A stretch of DNA of 64,000 bases from Candidatus Latescibacterota bacterium (GTDB taxonomy: Bacteria; Krumholzibacteriota; Krumholzibacteriia; WVZY01; JAKEHA01), in the NCBI GenBank assembly GCA_963707635.1, contig OY970173.1, positions 704,001 through 768,000 on the forward strand, in the 5' to 3' direction. A program made the translations under genes and the position numbers. How positions within the stretch are numbered: position 1 is the first letter of the stretch; each line of letters begins with the position of its first letter. Of this stretch, positions 19,359 through 28,987 are shown piece by piece. Under the pieces are notes generated by a model. It was not told the origin of the DNA. It saw nothing but the letters and a program-made list of their open reading frames with translations, and did not search any database.

Positions 19359-19394
19359 GCGGCGCCACCGGTCCGGCGAACGCCGCTTTTTTTT
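19359..19394 (+). terminator. Intrinsic terminator of the S9 peptidase gene
   Basis: GCGGCG...CGCCGC stem followed by T8. Confidence 0.65.
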
Positions 19395-19399
19395 GCGGT

Positions 19400-19428
19400 T
19401 TGAAGCCGGCGGACCCAGGTGCTAAGAT
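19400..19428 (+). promoter_or_regulatory. sigma70-type promoter
   Basis: TTGAAG-17 bp-TAAGAT with extended TG. Confidence 0.55.
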
Positions 19429-19433
19429 ATCGC

Positions 19434-19579
19434 GCTGAATATGCAAGGACGACCGCGGACGACCGGCGTGTGGGTCGTTCGCCAAGGGCAGGTCCTTCCC
19501 CTCGTTGCACGGGTTCCACATGAGACACTCTTTCTCCCCGGAGCGTCTCGACCGTCGCAGCGGGGGGAAGGCTTTTTTT
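19434..19579 (+). ncRNA. Candidate small RNA (about 145 nt)
   Basis: Own promoter, internal 10-bp hairpin 19455-19482, terminator stem 19530-19571 plus T7; no ORF contained within it. Confidence 0.45.
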
Positions 19580-19594
19580 CGTGCTCGCGGCCGG

Positions 19595-20845
19595 CTACGG
19601 CTGCGGGGGAGCGGGGTCGTAGAGGTCGAGGTCGAGGTCGTTGGGGAGCGACACCAAGAGCCGCGCGACCCGGGCTTCGTCGTCGCTGATGTCGGCCGGG
19701 AGCGGCTGACCCGCGTACATGATGAATCCATCCGGAAGGTGCGAGAGACGGACGGTGTGCCCAAACTCGTGCATCATGATGGAGTAGAGCGTCTGTTCGT
19801 CGGAGAAGTCGTCGACGATCTTGATACGGTCGAGCTGCGGGTGTCCCTCGGCGTCGTTGGAATGCTCCGTGATCCCGTTCTGAATGCCCATCACGCTGCG
19901 GGAAAGAAACTGAACGGTTACGCCCACCGGCGGCGGCGCCGCCGCCGCGACGAAGATCTCCATCCCGGTTCGCTCGTTCCAGCGGGACGCGGCCCGTTCG
20001 GCGATCGCGCGATAGTCGAGACCATTCGAGTTGACGAAGTCCGCGCTGTACCAGGCGATCGGGTAGTTCGCCCACCGCTTGACCGTGTTCCCCGGCCCCG
20101 CGCGGACCAGCGCGTCGAGCAGGATCTCCAGGACGCTCTGGTAGAGCGGGGAGGCGGGACGGGCGTACTCGATCATCGGGTACGCGACCGAGCGGTCGCC
20201 GTCGATCACGAACGCGTCGGCGACGGAGTGATAGGAGGCCGCCGCGCTGCCGCGCTCGATGCGCACACCGATCGCCCCCTCGGTCACGTCGAAGAGTGAC
20301 ACGCGCCCGGCGCCGTCGGTGGTGAGCCGCTGCGACGAGCGCGACGTCACCAGCACGGCGAGCCCCGGCACGGGCGTCTGCGAGATCGCCTCGATACACG
20401 TGGCCTCGAGCGTCACCCCGGGGATGCGCACGTGCGCAACGTTCGAGAACGGCGAGGCGTTGCCCGCCGGGTCGTAGGCGCGAACGGCGGCGTAGAGGTC
20501 TCGTCCCCGGGTCGCGCCGGTGAGCGTGTAGAGCTGCGGCGACCCGGCCGCCAGCGGGTCCGGGCTCGACGGTGTCGCGGTCGAACGATCCCACGAGAAC
20601 GGTTCCGCGTAGGCGATGCGAATCTCGTAGCGGCCGACGCGGTCGCGCGCGAGTCCGTCGCGCGGAGCCGTCCAGGTGAATTCGACCTCATCCGTCGCGT
20701 CGTGGTACGCGAGGACGAGGTCGAGCACGGGGTCGGGCGGGAGACGATCCTGACCTCCCGGGTGCGGCGCCGAAACGTCGTCGTCGCACGCCGCGACGAG
20801 CACGAGCGAAACGGCCAGCGACTGCAGGAGACGTAATCTCACCAT
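19595..20845 (-). CDS. Lipoprotein with FN3-like, carboxypeptidase-regulatory-like and matrixin (metzincin) domains
   Basis: Lipobox LVAAC; FTWTAP...YAAVRAYD.AGN.S..SN; HEFGHTVRLSH plus Met-turn IMY. Confidence 0.8.
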   Translation of the reverse strand: MVRLRLLQSLAVSLVLVAACDDDVSAPHPGGQDRLPPDPVLDLVLAYHDATDEVEFTWTAPRDGLARDRVGRYEIRIAYAEPFSWDRSTATPSSPDPLAAGSPQLYTLTGATRGRDLYAAVRAYDPAGNASPFSNVAHVRIPGVTLEATCIEAISQTPVPGLAVLVTSRSSQRLTTDGAGRVSLFDVTEGAIGVRIERGSAAASYHSVADAFVIDGDRSVAYPMIEYARPASPLYQSVLEILLDALVRAGPGNTVKRWANYPIAWYSADFVNSNGLDYRAIAERAASRWNERTGMEIFVAAAAPPPVGVTVQFLSRSVMGIQNGITEHSNDAEGHPQLDRIKIVDDFSDEQTLYSIMMHEFGHTVRLSHLPDGFIMYAGQPLPADISDDEARVARLLVSLPNDLDLDLYDPAPPQP

Positions 20846-20963
20846 GGATCACCCGTCGAAGGAGCGGAGAGGGGACGCGACACGCCGGGCGCGCGGGGCC
20901 GGCCCCTTGACTTCCGCGCAAACCAGAGTATAGTCAACGGCTTACTGATCCGAAAGGGTGTTC

Positions 20964-21887
20964 ATGGAGGGTGTCAGAGACATCATCATTCTGGGCTCGG
21001 GGCCGGCTGGATTGACGGCCGCCATCTACGCCGCGCGGGCCGACCTGAAACCGCTCGTCATCGAAGGAACCCAGCCGGGCGGACAGCTCACCATCACTAC
21101 CGACGTCGAGAACTACCCGGGATTCGAGCAACCGGTGATGGGGCCGGAGCTCATGGACATCATGAAACGGCAGGCGGCGCGCTTCGGGACCGAGTTCGAG
21201 TTCGAGTCGATCGATCGCGTCGAGCTGGACGGTCCGGTCAAGACGCTTCACGCCGGCGGGAAGACGTATCGTTGTCGCGCGCTCGTCATTTCGACCGGCG
21301 CGACCGCGCGCTGGCTCGATCTCCCCAGCGAAGAACGGCTCAAGGGTCACGGCGTCTCCGCCTGCGCGACCTGCGATGGATTCTTCTTCAAAGGGCAGGT
21401 GATCGTCGTCGTCGGCGGCGGTGACACCGCGATCGAGGAAGCGACGTACCTCACCAAGTTCGGGTCGAAAGTCTTAGTCGTCCACCGCCGCCACGAGCTG
21501 CGCGCCTCGAAGGCGATGCAGGACCGCGCCCTCAAGAATCCGAAGATCGAGTTCATCTGGAACTCGGTCGTGAGCGAGGTCATCGGGGACGGCAAGGTCG
21601 CCGGCGTGCGGCTCAAAGACGTGACGACGGGCAAGGAGCGCACGCTCGACTGCGGCGGCCTGTTCGTCGCCATCGGCCACACTCCGAATACGTCGCTGTT
21701 CAAGGGCATGGTGAAAATGGACGAGAACGGGTACCTGATCGTCGAGCCCGGAACGAGCCGTACCAACGTCGCCGGCGTCTTCGCGGCCGGCGACGTCGCC
21801 GACCACGTGTACCGGCAGGCGGTCACCGCCGCCGGCATGGGCTGCATGGCGGCGCTCGACGCGGAGCGGTTCCTGGTGGGGCACTAG
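20964..21887 (+). CDS. trxB: Thioredoxin reductase
   Basis: [34 protein letters not shown]. Confidence 0.97.
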   Translation: MEGVRDIIILGSGPAGLTAAIYAARADLKPLVIEGTQPGGQLTITTDVENYPGFEQPVMGPELMDIMKRQAARFGTEFEFESIDRVELDGPVKTLHAGGKTYRCRALVISTGATARWLDLPSEERLKGHGVSACATCDGFFFKGQVIVVVGGGDTAIEEATYLTKFGSKVLVVHRRHELRASKAMQDRALKNPKIEFIWNSVVSEVIGDGKVAGVRLKDVTTGKERTLDCGGLFVAIGHTPNTSLFKGMVKMDENGYLIVEPGTSRTNVAGVFAAGDVADHVYRQAVTAAGMGCMAALDAERFLVGH

Positions 21888-21926
21888 CCGGAGGGTGCGG
21901 TTGCTCTGGACCGCGGAAAGGACGCC

Positions 21927-22628
21927 ATGCGCAAGTACGGGTTCGCACTGGTCGTGTTCGCGTGTCTGGCCGGGAGTTCCTCGCGCGCCCGCGCGCAGGA
22001 GAGTTTCGGCTGGGATGGCGTCCTCTACGGAGGATGGAGTCATGCCCGGTTGAGCGGGAGCAGCCAGCCGTTCGAAAGCTCGGACGCGCGCGACGCAGGG
22101 ACCGGTGGGGTGGGGTTTGTCCTGCGGGTTGAGGACGAGTTCGGCATCGAATTCGGAATTCGCGCCACGCAGAAAGGCGCCTCGGGGGAAGTCGATCTCA
22201 CCGATTACACCGCGGACGTCAACACGTCGACGCCACGAATCCTCGGCGAAGGCACCACCGCGCTCACCTATCTCGAACTCCCGCTCACCTTCGCCGGCTA
22301 TATGAGCGCCGGTCAGAAGGCGTACCTGCGCGGTTATCTCGGCGTCTCGCCGAATTTCCTCCTGAAGGCGAACTTCACCGGCACTCTCGAAGGCAGCAGC
22401 GCCGACGTGGACATCAAGGACGCGCTCAAGGGGTTCGACTTCGCGTGGGTGATCGGAGCCAGCGCGACGCTCGACAAGACGAGCTACAGCCTGTGGCTGG
22501 ATGGGCGCTACGTGGGTGGGGTGCGCTCGATCGACAATTCCGGATCGGACTACGACGTGAAGACGAACGCGTTCGAAATGGCCCTGGGCGTGGGAATCCC
22601 GCTCGTGCGGGAAGTCGAAGCACAATGA
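21927..22628 (+). CDS. Outer-membrane beta-barrel protein (porin/PorT-like)
   Basis: Signal peptide; QKG...YLELPL...GVSPNFLL pattern; alternating beta strands. Confidence 0.7.
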   Translation: MRKYGFALVVFACLAGSSSRARAQESFGWDGVLYGGWSHARLSGSSQPFESSDARDAGTGGVGFVLRVEDEFGIEFGIRATQKGASGEVDLTDYTADVNTSTPRILGEGTTALTYLELPLTFAGYMSAGQKAYLRGYLGVSPNFLLKANFTGTLEGSSADVDIKDALKGFDFAWVIGASATLDKTSYSLWLDGRYVGGVRSIDNSGSDYDVKTNAFEMALGVGIPLVREVEAQ

Positions 22629-23200
22629 CGACACGCCGAGCGAAACCTCCCCGGGACAAGCTGGTCGAAGCCGCCCGCGGCTTTCTCGCCGCGCTCGAGG
22701 TCGACCCGGCCGGGCTCGAGGCGACGCCCGAGCGCGTCGCCGAGGCGTGGCGCGTGTTCACGCGCGGCTACGCGGGCAGTGCGCGCGACGTGTTCGCGGA
22801 GGGTGTGTTCGAAGAGACGCACGACGGCATGGTGCTGGTGCGGGACATCGACTTTTTCAGTGTGTGCGAGCACCATCTGGTCCCGTTCTACGGCCGTTGC
22901 CACGTGGCGTACCTCCCCGCGGGACGGATCGCGGGCTTGAGCAAGCTCTCGCGTCTGGTCGACCTCCATGCCCGGCGGCTGCAGGTGCAGGAACGAATGA
23001 CGCGCGACATCGCGCGCGACCTCCAGACCCACCTCAAGCCGCGCGGCGTCGCCGTGCAGGTCGAGGGCCGCCACCTGTGCATGGCGATGCGCGGGGTGGA
23101 GCAGCGCAACGCCGACGTGGTGACGACGAGTTTTCTGGGGTCGTTCCGATCCGACCCGGCCATGGCCATGGAGTTCCGGGCGGCGATCGCGCGCCGGTAG
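22625..23200 (+). CDS. folE: GTP cyclohydrolase I
   Basis: [36 protein letters not shown]. Confidence 0.95.
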   Translation: MTTRRAKPPRDKLVEAARGFLAALEVDPAGLEATPERVAEAWRVFTRGYAGSARDVFAEGVFEETHDGMVLVRDIDFFSVCEHHLVPFYGRCHVAYLPAGRIAGLSKLSRLVDLHARRLQVQERMTRDIARDLQTHLKPRGVAVQVEGRHLCMAMRGVEQRNADVVTTSFLGSFRSDPAMAMEFRAAIARR

Positions 23201-23228
23201 CCACAACCAACGAAACGGAGAAGAGGCA

Positions 23229-23786
23229 ATGTCGATCAAGCCCGACAAGTGGATCGCGCGGATGGTCAAGGAATACCGGATGATCGAGCCGTACGTCGAT
23301 TCGCAGGTGAAGGACAACACGGTCTCCTTCGGGGTGTCGTCCTACGGCTACGACATCCGCATCGCGGACGAGTTCAAGATCTTCACCAACATCAACTCCA
23401 CCGTGGTGGATCCGAAAAACTTCGACCCGAGGTCGTTCTTCGACTTCAAGGGCGACATCTGCATCATTCCGCCCAACTCGTTCGCGCTCGGGCGCAGCGT
23501 CGAGTACTTCCGCATCCCGCGCAACGTGATGACGATCTGCGTGGGCAAGTCCACGTACGCCCGCTGCGGCATCATCACCAACGTGACCCCCTTCGAACCG
23601 GAGTGGGAGGGGTTCGTGACGCTGGAGATCTCGAACACGACGCCGCTGCCGGCGAAGATCTACGCCAATGAGGGCATCGCCCAGGTGCTCTTCTTCCAGA
23701 GCGACGAGGACTGCCTGATCTCGTACGGCGACAAGAAGGGCAAGTACCAGAAGCAGACCGGGATCACGCTGCCCAAGGTGCCGTAG
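23229..23786 (+). CDS. dcd: dCTP deaminase
   Basis: [34 protein letters not shown]. Confidence 0.96.
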   Translation: MSIKPDKWIARMVKEYRMIEPYVDSQVKDNTVSFGVSSYGYDIRIADEFKIFTNINSTVVDPKNFDPRSFFDFKGDICIIPPNSFALGRSVEYFRIPRNVMTICVGKSTYARCGIITNVTPFEPEWEGFVTLEISNTTPLPAKIYANEGIAQVLFFQSDEDCLISYGDKKGKYQKQTGITLPKVP

Positions 23787-23857
23787 GCGTGCGGCCCGGG
23801 GCCGGGCCCGGATCGGCCCGGGAAGCCCGACGCCGGGGGTCTCAGGCGATTTTGTGT

Positions 23858-23886
23858 TTGACAGCCCCCCGCCTTCCTGTTAGACC
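23858..23886 (+). promoter_or_regulatory. sigma70-type promoter of the histone-fold gene
   Basis: TTGACA-17 bp-TAGACC with extended TG. Confidence 0.6.
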
Positions 23887-23954
23887 CACACCGTAACGAG
23901 GCTCTCTGGAGCCTCATTCTGGCAAAGGTTCACACTACTGGGAGGAACGTAGAA

Positions 23955-24152
23955 ATGGCAAAAGCTGCGAAGAAGGCTGCCGGTGCCGAGCTGATCATCT
24001 CCAAGTCTCGCACCAAGGCCGCCGCGAAGGGCTACAACGTGTCGGGCGACTTCTACGGCGCGCTCGACAAAGCGGTCCGTATGATCGTCAAGGAAGCGGG
24101 CGAGCGCGCCAAGGCGAACAAGCGCAAGACGCTCAAGCCCAGCGACATTTAG
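23955..24152 (+). CDS. Bacterial histone-fold protein (Bd0055/face-to-face-like, truncated alpha3) with Lys-rich N-terminal tail
   Basis: LIISKSRTK..AK.GYNVSGDFYGALDKAV..IV.EA.ERAKANKRKTLKPSDI; RKT...D histone motif; GGAGG RBS; own terminator. Confidence 0.85.
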   Translation: MAKAAKKAAGAELIISKSRTKAAAKGYNVSGDFYGALDKAVRMIVKEAGERAKANKRKTLKPSDI

Positions 24153-24188
24153 TCGAATTGCCGGGTGACTGTCACCCGCGCGCCAGAG

Positions 24189-24219
24189 GGCCCGGCCTGC
24201 CGGCCGGGCCTTTTGTTTT
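24189..24219 (+). terminator. Intrinsic terminator after the histone gene
   Basis: GGCCCGGCC-TGCC-GGCCGGGCC followed by TTTTGTTTT. Confidence 0.85.
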
Positions 24220-24352
24220 CACACCGAACCGGACGCGGGCGGCGTTGGCGCCGTCCACGGGCCTCGCGGGCGCCCCCCGCGCCGATTACGCGCCTTGCGT
24301 CATCGGGAGCGGCGTGTTACCTTTGCTCAATTAACCCGGAGGATCTCCCGCG

Positions 24353-25816
24353 ATGCCCGATAAGATCATCGGGACAGGAATCACGTTCGACGACGTGCTC
24401 CTCGTGCCCGCCCGCTCCTCATTTCTGCCCGCAGATACCGACGTCTCCACGCGACTGACCAAGAAGATCCGGCTCAACATCCCGATCGTTTCCGCCGCCA
24501 TGGATACGGTGACCGAGGCGGGGTTTGCCATCGCGATGGCGCGCGCGGGCGGCATCGGCTTCGTGCACAAGAACATGACGCCCGAGCGCCAGGCCGAGCA
24601 CGTGGACATGGTGAAGCGAAGCGAGAGCGGCGTCATCTCCAGCCCGATCACCCTTGGGCCCGGGGCGCTGGTGCGCGACGCGCAGGCGCTCATGAAAAAG
24701 TACGGCGTCTCGGGGGTGCCGATCACCGACAAGAACGGCGTGCTGGTCGGGATTCTCACCGCGCGCGACCTGCGCTTCAACGAAGACGACACGCTTCTCA
24801 TTCGGGAAGTAATGACGTCGAAGGGACTGGTCACCGCACCGGTCGGCATCAAGATGGAAGAGGCCAAGCGGCTGCTGCACGAGCACCGCATCGAGAAGCT
24901 CCCGGTGGTCGATTCGAAGCAGCGCCTTCGCGGCCTGATCACGGTCAAGGACATCCAGAAGAAGCTGGATTTCCCGCTGGCGTGCAAGGACGCGCAGGGG
25001 CGTCTGCGGGTGGGCGCCGCGGTCGGCATCGGCAAGGACGCGCTGCACCGCGTGGATCTGCTGGTGGACGCGGGCGCCGACGTGATCGCCATCGACACGG
25101 CGCACGGGCACACCACCAACGTCATCGATACGCTCGCGCGGGTGAAGAAGCGCCACCGCTCGACTCCGGTGGTGGTGGGCAACGTCGCCACCGCGCAGGC
25201 CACCCGCGACCTGGCGAAGGCTGGCGCCGACGCGATCAAGGTCGGCATGGGTCCGGGCGCGATCTGCACGACACGCGTGGTCGCGGGAGCCGGGGTTCCG
25301 CAGGTCACCGCCATCATGAACTGCGCACCGGTCGCCGCCCAGGCCGGTATCCCGCTGATCGCCGACGGGGGCATCAAGTACAGCGGCGACATCGTCAAGG
25401 CGATCGCTGCCGGCGCCGACGTGGTGATGATCGGGAGCCTTTTCGCCGGCACCGACGAAACCCCAGGGGAAATCGTCCTCTACGAGGGTCGCAGCTTCAA
25501 ATCCTACCGGGGCATGGGGTCGATCGAAGCCATGAAGGAAGGCAGCAAGGACCGCTACGCGCAGGCGGACGTCGAGGAATCGAAACTCGTCGCCGAAGGG
25601 ATCGAAGGACGCGTGCCCTACAAGGGGCGCCTGGCGGATTCGATCTTCCAGCTGGTTGGCGGGCTCCGGTCCGGGCTCGGCTACTGCGGGGCGCGCACAG
25701 TAGGGGAACTCCAGGAACGCGGGCGCTTCATGCTGATTACCGCCGCCGGGTTGCGCGAGAGTCATCCGCACGACGTCATCATCACCAAGGAAGCCCCCAA
25801 CTACCGCTTGAGCTGA
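24353..25816 (+). CDS. guaB: IMP dehydrogenase
   Basis: [19 protein letters not shown] pair, [24 protein letters not shown]. Confidence 0.98.
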   Translation: MPDKIIGTGITFDDVLLVPARSSFLPADTDVSTRLTKKIRLNIPIVSAAMDTVTEAGFAIAMARAGGIGFVHKNMTPERQAEHVDMVKRSESGVISSPITLGPGALVRDAQALMKKYGVSGVPITDKNGVLVGILTARDLRFNEDDTLLIREVMTSKGLVTAPVGIKMEEAKRLLHEHRIEKLPVVDSKQRLRGLITVKDIQKKLDFPLACKDAQGRLRVGAAVGIGKDALHRVDLLVDAGADVIAIDTAHGHTTNVIDTLARVKKRHRSTPVVVGNVATAQATRDLAKAGADAIKVGMGPGAICTTRVVAGAGVPQVTAIMNCAPVAAQAGIPLIADGGIKYSGDIVKAIAAGADVVMIGSLFAGTDETPGEIVLYEGRSFKSYRGMGSIEAMKEGSKDRYAQADVEESKLVAEGIEGRVPYKGRLADSIFQLVGGLRSGLGYCGARTVGELQERGRFMLITAAGLRESHPHDVIITKEAPNYRLS

Positions 25817-25818
25817 CG

Positions 25819-26730
25819 ATGCGCGCGAGCAACGAATCCGGCATGACGTGGCACGGTCAGATCAACCGGACCATCTGGGAGATCAACGAGGCGATCAAGA
25901 AGGCGCCCGACAATCCGCGCCTGCGCCGCGAGCTGCTGCGCGCGCAGTTTCTGCAGCACTTCGAGTTCGACAAGGCCTACCACGTTCCCCGGGACGATCG
26001 GACCTTCCTGTTTCTGCACGACGCCGACGCGCCGATCGTGCTGTTGCTGCACGGATCGCAGGGAACGCCGGCCGAGATGCGGGAGCTGGGCAACCATCTC
26101 CACTCCCGGGGGATTTCCGCGTACTGCCCGCGCTTCACGCGCACGAGCGGCAAGGACGAGCCGGTGTCGTGGGAGTCGTGGGTGACGCAGGCGCAGATCG
26201 CGCTGGAGAGCGTATGCACGTGCTCGCCGGCCGCGTTCGTGTGCGGCTTGAGCCTGGGCGGGACGGTCGCGCTGATCCTGGCGGAGCACGCGCCGCTGGC
26301 CGGGATGATACTGCTCGCGCCGGCGCTCTATCCGCGCATGGGTCTGAAGGCCCGTTGCCTGCAGCTGACCCGGGTGGTCACGCCCACCGTCTTCTATCAC
26401 TTCGCGGGCTGGACGGGCGAGGTCCTGAAGGCGATGGACCACGCGCGCAAGCAAACCCGTGAGCTCAAACTGCCCGTGCTGGCGCTGCAGTCGGCGGACG
26501 ACCGGCACCTGTCGCCGCGCGGACTCAAGTTCCTCCGCCGCCGTGGGGGCCACCCGGGCAGCGACTTCCGCCTGCTGGCGGAGGGTTCGCACGCGATCAT
26601 GCGCGGCGCCGCGAAGGCCGAGGTGTTCGAGGCGGTGTCCGGGTTCGTCGAGCGCAACGCGCGCGGGGTCAAGGTGGTGGCGGCGGTCCCCGACGCGCCG
26701 GCCGCGGAGTCTATATCTGATCCATCGTGA
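25819..26730 (+). CDS. Alpha/beta hydrolase (carboxylesterase-like)
   Basis: LLHG..G, GLSLGG nucleophile, ADD Asp, GSH His. Confidence 0.85.
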   Translation: MRASNESGMTWHGQINRTIWEINEAIKKAPDNPRLRRELLRAQFLQHFEFDKAYHVPRDDRTFLFLHDADAPIVLLLHGSQGTPAEMRELGNHLHSRGISAYCPRFTRTSGKDEPVSWESWVTQAQIALESVCTCSPAAFVCGLSLGGTVALILAEHAPLAGMILLAPALYPRMGLKARCLQLTRVVTPTVFYHFAGWTGEVLKAMDHARKQTRELKLPVLALQSADDRHLSPRGLKFLRRRGGHPGSDFRLLAEGSHAIMRGAAKAEVFEAVSGFVERNARGVKVVAAVPDAPAAESISDPS

Positions 26731-27484
26731 AGCGGAACGATTCGTCGAGACGCTGAATCTTCTTCACCAGTTCGCGCAGTTTTTCCCTCAGCTCCGGGTC
26801 TTTCCCCTTCATGTACGACGAATAGAGGTCCAGGAACTCGTCCTGGAGGGCGCGCAGCTCGCGATCGGATTCGATGCGATCGATCGAGCGCTCCAGGTGA
26901 TACACGTCGCCCGACGATAGTCGCTCGAGGATGTTGAAGTACTCCCCGCGCATGTGGCTCAGGATCTGGACGTACTGCTCGAACCCGCGCGAGAGCTTCT
27001 CGAGAACCTCGCTGATGGCGGTCGCCTTGCGGAACATCGCCTGGCTGTACGAGTAGGCGAACTGGTAGTAGGCTTTCGCCCGCCCCACGTAGACCTCTTC
27101 GTTGTCCTTCATGAACGCATCCTTCGACCCCGGCCGCGAGACGTCCGGGTTGCGGAAGATGCCGATTGATATGAGCAGGAAGTCCGCGTTGGTCTTGTAG
27201 ATCGTGTACTTCAGGCGCACGTCCGGCGAATTGCGGATCTTCTCGAAGAGGTCGCTGTCATAGCGCGACAGGAACTTGCGGGTGCGCTCGTGGTAGTCCG
27301 GATTCATGAAGGACGTGAGCAGATTGGCGAGGTAGACGTTCACGTCCTCGTCGTAGTAGGTCTGGTTCGAGGGGTTTCCGGACTCGAGCCGGCTGTAGAG
27401 CAGACAGTTCATCATGAAGAAGAACGTCGGCTCGAGGTCGCGACCGCCGCCCGGCCCGATGGTGATATGGGTTCCGCCGTCCAT
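26711..27484 (-). CDS. Hypothetical protein (all-helical, DEDVNVYLANLL motif)
   Basis: Protein-like composition with GC3-rich codons; preceded by a sigma54-type site. Confidence 0.75.
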   Translation of the reverse strand: MDGGTHITIGPGGGRDLEPTFFFMMNCLLYSRLESGNPSNQTYYDEDVNVYLANLLTSFMNPDYHERTRKFLSRYDSDLFEKIRNSPDVRLKYTIYKTNADFLLISIGIFRNPDVSRPGSKDAFMKDNEEVYVGRAKAYYQFAYSYSQAMFRKATAISEVLEKLSRGFEQYVQILSHMRGEYFNILERLSSGDVYHLERSIDRIESDRELRALQDEFLDLYSSYMKGKDPELREKLRELVKKIQRLDESFRFTMDQI

Positions 27485-27572
27485 CTCGCGTCCGTTTTGT
27501 CTCCGTCGCTGTCGGTGTGCCGCGACCGATGAGTCCCACCGGTCCGCCGCGATTGCCGGCAGGGGCGAAATC

Positions 27573-27588
27573 TGCAAGCCCCATGCCA
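27573..27588 (-). promoter_or_regulatory. sigma54 -24/-12 promoter
   Basis: Minus strand TGGCATG-GGGC-TTGCA, about 90 nt upstream of the start at 27484. Confidence 0.7.
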
Positions 27589-27843
27589 CGGATTTCCGCG
27601 CGAGGGCTCCGGTGGCGCCCGACCGTCGCCAACCGTTGATTCCGCCTCTTGCTACTAAGATACCGGCAGAGATGGCCGGCCGATAGCTGCCGCGCCGCCG
27701 GAGCGGCTCCCCGGGGTGCAACATATTGTCAAATTGATGATTATGTCAGGCGGCCGGCTCCCCCGACTCGTGCCGCCGATTCCGTTTCGAAAATGCGGGT
27801 GAGTTGGGGTATAATGGCTCCGGCGACGGCATCGATTTCATTG

Positions 27844-27856
27844 TAACTGGTTGATA
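27844..27856 (-). promoter_or_regulatory. IHF-consensus site
   Basis: Minus strand TATCAACCAGTTA matches WATCAANNNNTTR. Confidence 0.4.
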
Positions 27857-27937
27857 TGAAATCGAATGCGCGTCCGGTACGGTGGCGGTCGACGGGCGAA
27901 GAACTCCGTCCCGCCGCGCCCGATTAGGGGGTTCCGC

Positions 27938-28744
27938 GTGAAAATCGGTTTTCTGCAGTTGCGTCCGCAGTTCGGACGCGTGAAGGAAAATGTCCGCGCT
28001 GCCCGCTCGATGCTCGCGGGCGTCACGGACGCCACCGTCGTCCTCCCCGAGCTGTTCAACACCGGCTACCTGTTCCGCAACATGGAAGAGGTGCGCGACC
28101 TCGCCGAATCCACCGCGAACGGTTTCACCGTCGTGGAGTTGAAGAAGGTCGCGCTCGCGCAGCGCCTGAACCTCGTCTTCGGCATGGCGGAGGCGAAGAA
28201 TCGGAAGTACTTCAATTCGTCCGTCCTGATCACGTCCAAGGGCAAGATTCACGTGTATCAGAAAGCGCATCTGTTCGACCGCGAGAAACTGTTTTTCCAG
28301 CCGGGCACGGGCAAATTCGACGCGCACGCGGTGGACGGCGGGAAGATCGGCATGATGATCTGCTTCGACTGGTTCTTCCCCGAGGTCGCGCGCGTGCTGG
28401 CGCTCGAGGGCGCGCAGGTGATCTGTCACCCCGCCAATCTGGTGCTGCCGTGGTGCCAGGACGCCATGCGCACGCGCTCCATCGAGAATCGCGTCTTCTC
28501 CGTGACGGCCAATCGCATCGGCGCGGAGAAGCGCGGCAACATCGCGCTGACGTTCACCGGCAAGAGCCAGATCGTCACCCCGAAGGGGGAGGTCCTCGCG
28601 CAGGCGAGCGAACGCAGCGAGTCGCTCAAGGTCGTCGAAGTCGACCCGGCGGAGGCGCTCGACAAGCACGTGACCCCGAACAACGACCTGTTCAAGGATC
28701 GCAAGGTAACGCTCTACAAGCCTCTCCTTCGCAAGGTCGTTTGA
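27938..28744 (+). CDS. Carbon-nitrogen hydrolase (nitrilase superfamily)
   Basis: LPELFNTGY (Glu), YQKAHL (Lys), ICFDWFFPE (Cys) triad; TATAAT at 27810. Confidence 0.92.
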   Translation: MKIGFLQLRPQFGRVKENVRAARSMLAGVTDATVVLPELFNTGYLFRNMEEVRDLAESTANGFTVVELKKVALAQRLNLVFGMAEAKNRKYFNSSVLITSKGKIHVYQKAHLFDREKLFFQPGTGKFDAHAVDGGKIGMMICFDWFFPEVARVLALEGAQVICHPANLVLPWCQDAMRTRSIENRVFSVTANRIGAEKRGNIALTFTGKSQIVTPKGEVLAQASERSESLKVVEVDPAEALDKHVTPNNDLFKDRKVTLYKPLLRKVV

Positions 28745-28886
28745 TCCCGAAAAAGCAACGCGACGGAGCGACCGTCCGTGCAAACTGCATGTGAGCGCCC
28801 CCGGGTTGCGCGTCGCGCCGAGCTTCCATCCGCTTCGAATATCGTGATTTAGCACGGCACGACCGGCCCCTCCACCGGTCGATCGC

Positions 28887-28901
28887 TGGCATGTTCCTTG
28901 C
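28887..28901 (+). promoter_or_regulatory. sigma54 -24/-12 promoter
   Basis: TGGCATG-TTCC-TTGC, 87 nt upstream of the GTG at 28988. Confidence 0.7.
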
Positions 28902-28987
28902 GTGACGGGACCGCGCCTCCACACGCGCCGGACCGTTCTCGACACGCCGATTTCACACCGGCGGCGCCAAACGCAAGGAGTCACATC

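Noticed and set aside
19441..19689. 82-aa ORF starting just after the 19400 promoter
   Set aside because: It runs through the terminator into the convergent gene, has no RBS and has non-protein-like composition
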